Source: Verrucomicrobiota bacterium (GTDB taxonomy: Bacteria > Verrucomicrobiota > Verrucomicrobiia > Limisphaerales > CANJSG01). Taken from it: a stretch of 64,000 nucleotides of DNA. The notes under the pieces were generated by a model that was given only the letters and a program-made list of their open reading frames with translations, was not told the DNA's origin and did no database searches. The position numbers and the translations under genes are program-made. The DNA lies in contig CANJSG010000002.1 in the NCBI GenBank assembly GCA_947476875.1, positions 1,926 through 65,925 of the forward strand. The letters are read 5' to 3'. Of the stretch, positions 62,487 to 64,000 are shown in pieces. Each line of letters starts with the position of its first letter. Position 1 is the stretch's first letter.

Positions 62487-64000
62487 GTGTCAGAAAACAG
62501 TCCAGTGATCCGTCGCGCCACGGTTGATGATGCCATCCCGTGGATAGACCTGCTGATCGCCTCCCTTGGCGGGAACTACCTTGCCCGCGAGGTCTATGAC
62601 CCTGTCTGGGCTGCGAACCAGTTTGCCGAGGAGTCGAACTGTGAGACCTGGGTCCTCGAAGCCAATGGCGTCCTGATCGGCAGCGTCACTTTTCTTCCGC
62701 CGAACTGGCCGTTGCAGAATCCGATCTGCAACCTCGGCCGCATCCTGCTCCGTCCCGAGGCTCATGCGACCGGAGCCGCCCGGGCCTTGCTCAGCCGAGT
62801 TGTGGCGGTGGCCGCCGAACGGGGGCAATCGTCGATCGCCCGGGTTTCCGCGTCCGACAACGCGCAGCAGCTCCTGCTCGAGCAGCTTGGTTTTGTCTGC
62901 TGTGGCTACCAGCCCTTCAAACATCTGCTGGAACACCGTTCCGGCTTTCTCTTCTATGTGCTGCCGTCGGCCCGAGTGCTCGGCATGCGCCAGCGTCTGA
63001 GCGGTTCCGTGCTCCAGGTGACGGAGCTGGCTTCGGCTGTTCTGGGGCTCATCGGCCTTCCCGCTCCCGAGCAGCTCCGCGATGGCGCGACCGGATATCC
63101 GCTGCGCGCCCCGGATCTTCGAACGGAAGAGATTTCTTTCGAGGACTACCAGTTCTGCAAGAGCCAGCTTCGACAGCAGAATCCTTTCCCCGAGGTCTCC
63201 GGAGGATTCCACCTCGGGCTCGGGCTCATGCGGGTCGAATCGAGCGGATCGATCCGCGCGCTCCTCGGACGGACCGGCGAACGCACGCTGGCCGGGCTGG
63301 CCTACAGCTTCGACGAGCAGGACCGGTGCATCCGCATCATCGACACCTTCTGCGCGGATGAAGTCGCCCTCGGATCCGTCTGCCAGATGCTGCTCAAGCT
63401 CTGCCAGGACCAGTTGCAGGCCACCTACGTCGAAGTCGACGTGCTCGCCAGCGCGCCCAGGTTGTTGAAGACCGCCGAACAGCTCGGGTTCGTGCCCGTG
63501 GCCTATTTGCCCGCGTTCTTCTCGAGAAACGGTGCGGTCGACGACGTCGTCAAGCTGGTGAAGCTGAACCTTCCCTACTCGTTCGAAGGCGGGGAGTTCA
63601 CCCGCCAGGCCCGTTCGATCGCGGAACTGATCGACCGCAATTTCGACGAACAGAAGGTCGGAGTCGCCATCATCGGCCTGCTCCGCGGACTGGCCCTCTT
63701 CGCCGGTCTGGGCGACGGCGAGATCCGGAAGATGGCGCACCTCTTCGAGCAGCGGCTCTACCGCCCCGGCGAAGTGGTCTTCGCGAAAGGCGGCTGCGGC
63801 GACGAAGTCTTCGTCGTCATGCGCGGCAGCGTGGAGATCCGGCTCGATGAAAAGTCCCAGGCCGTCGCCACCATGACGGAGGGGAAGATCTTCGGTGAAC
63901 TGGCCTTCCTCGACGGATCGCCCCGCATCGCCTGGACCGTCGCCGCGCAACCAAGCATCCTGTTGGTCATGCATCGCGACGCCTTCAACCAGCTCATCGC
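62487..64000 (+). CDS. Tandem GNAT acetyltransferase domains fused to a cyclic-nucleotide-binding domain (3' end outside the window)
   Basis: Not in the ORF track because it has no stop inside the window. The frame is open from the TAG at 62379. A probable GTG start at 62487 gives VSENSPVIRRATVDDAIPWIDLL. GNAT motif A region LGRILLRPEAHATGAARALLSRV. A second GNAT-like half follows (EVDVLASAPRLLKTAEQLGFVPVAYLP). Then the cNMP domain: LFAGLGDGEIRKMA ... GKIFGELAFLDGSPRIAW. Confidence 0.75.
   Translation, partial: MSENSPVIRRATVDDAIPWIDLLIASLGGNYLAREVYDPVWAANQFAEESNCETWVLEANGVLIGSVTFLPPNWPLQNPICNLGRILLRPEAHATGAARALLSRVVAVAAERGQSSIARVSASDNAQQLLLEQLGFVCCGYQPFKHLLEHRSGFLFYVLPSARVLGMRQRLSGSVLQVTELASAVLGLIGLPAPEQLRDGATGYPLRAPDLRTEEISFEDYQFCKSQLRQQNPFPEVSGGFHLGLGLMRVESSGSIRALLGRTGERTLAGLAYSFDEQDRCIRIIDTFCADEVALGSVCQMLLKLCQDQLQATYVEVDVLASAPRLLKTAEQLGFVPVAYLPAFFSRNGAVDDVVKLVKLNLPYSFEGGEFTRQARSIAELIDRNFDEQKVGVAIIGLLRGLALFAGLGDGEIRKMAHLFEQRLYRPGEVVFAKGGCGDEVFVVMRGSVEIRLDEKSQAVATMTEGKIFGELAFLDGSPRIAWTVAAQPSILLVMHRDAFNQLI

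Noticed and set aside
62490-63974. 494-aa minus-strand ORF, the only long ORF the track offers for this region
   Set aside because: The plus strand carries an open frame running off the window that encodes clear GNAT and cNMP-binding motifs. The minus ORF is its Asp/Glu/Gly/Arg-rich shadow.

Overview
This is a visibly GC-rich stretch, roughly two-thirds G+C by eye (not computed). It is densely packed with genes, and I call about 62 protein-coding genes. I found no rRNA, tRNA, CRISPR array, transposase or integrase. The gene content points to a chromosome of the PVC superphylum, probably Verrucomicrobiota: many prepilin-type N-terminal (GFTL[IV]E) proteins, DUF1080 and ThuA exported proteins, a MoxR-DUF58-BatA/BatB aerotolerance-type operon, and squalene-hopene cyclase. 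That taxonomic call is inference only.

Layout of the window:
- 1-2038: atpB-E-F-H.
- 2.1-5.4 kb: exported and secreted proteins.
- 5.4-11.5 kb: the Bat/MoxR operon.
- 11.5-36 kb: housekeeping genes (queG, aroK, a phosphohexomutase, folB, an Hsp70, shc, pdxA, PBP4, UDG, glnD, nagA, vsr).
- 36-47.6 kb: an LPS-core/glycan tailoring island. It holds two MsbA-like exporters, three FkbM methyltransferases, an MBOAT plus SGNH-like pair, GT4/GT2/GT2/GT9 glycosyltransferases and a decayed sugar-dehydrogenase remnant.
- 47.6-51 kb: a small membrane protein gene, purM and an MFS transporter.
- 52.5-55.2 kb: an SPFH(YdjI-like)-HTH fusion, two tandem 74-aa membrane mini-proteins and a double zinc-ribbon YdjG-like membrane protein. 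I rank this the most interesting locus.
- 55.2-57.7 kb: an ABC exporter.
- 57.8-60.4 kb: three minor pseudopilins.
- 60.7-64 kb: an S4 RNA-binding protein, a PQQ-like beta-propeller protein and a truncated GNAT-GNAT-cNMP-binding fusion.

Non-coding observations include a hairpin-dense 340-nt intergenic region, a composite repeat between the MFS gene and purM, and a 31-nt AT-only tract inside the Hsp70 gene.

Everything here comes from reading the translations and the sequence by eye. No database search, HMM scan or folding calculation was run. CDS coordinates include the stop codon, as in the supplied ORF track. Many long ORFs in that track are antisense shadow ORFs typical of high-GC DNA, and I rejected them.
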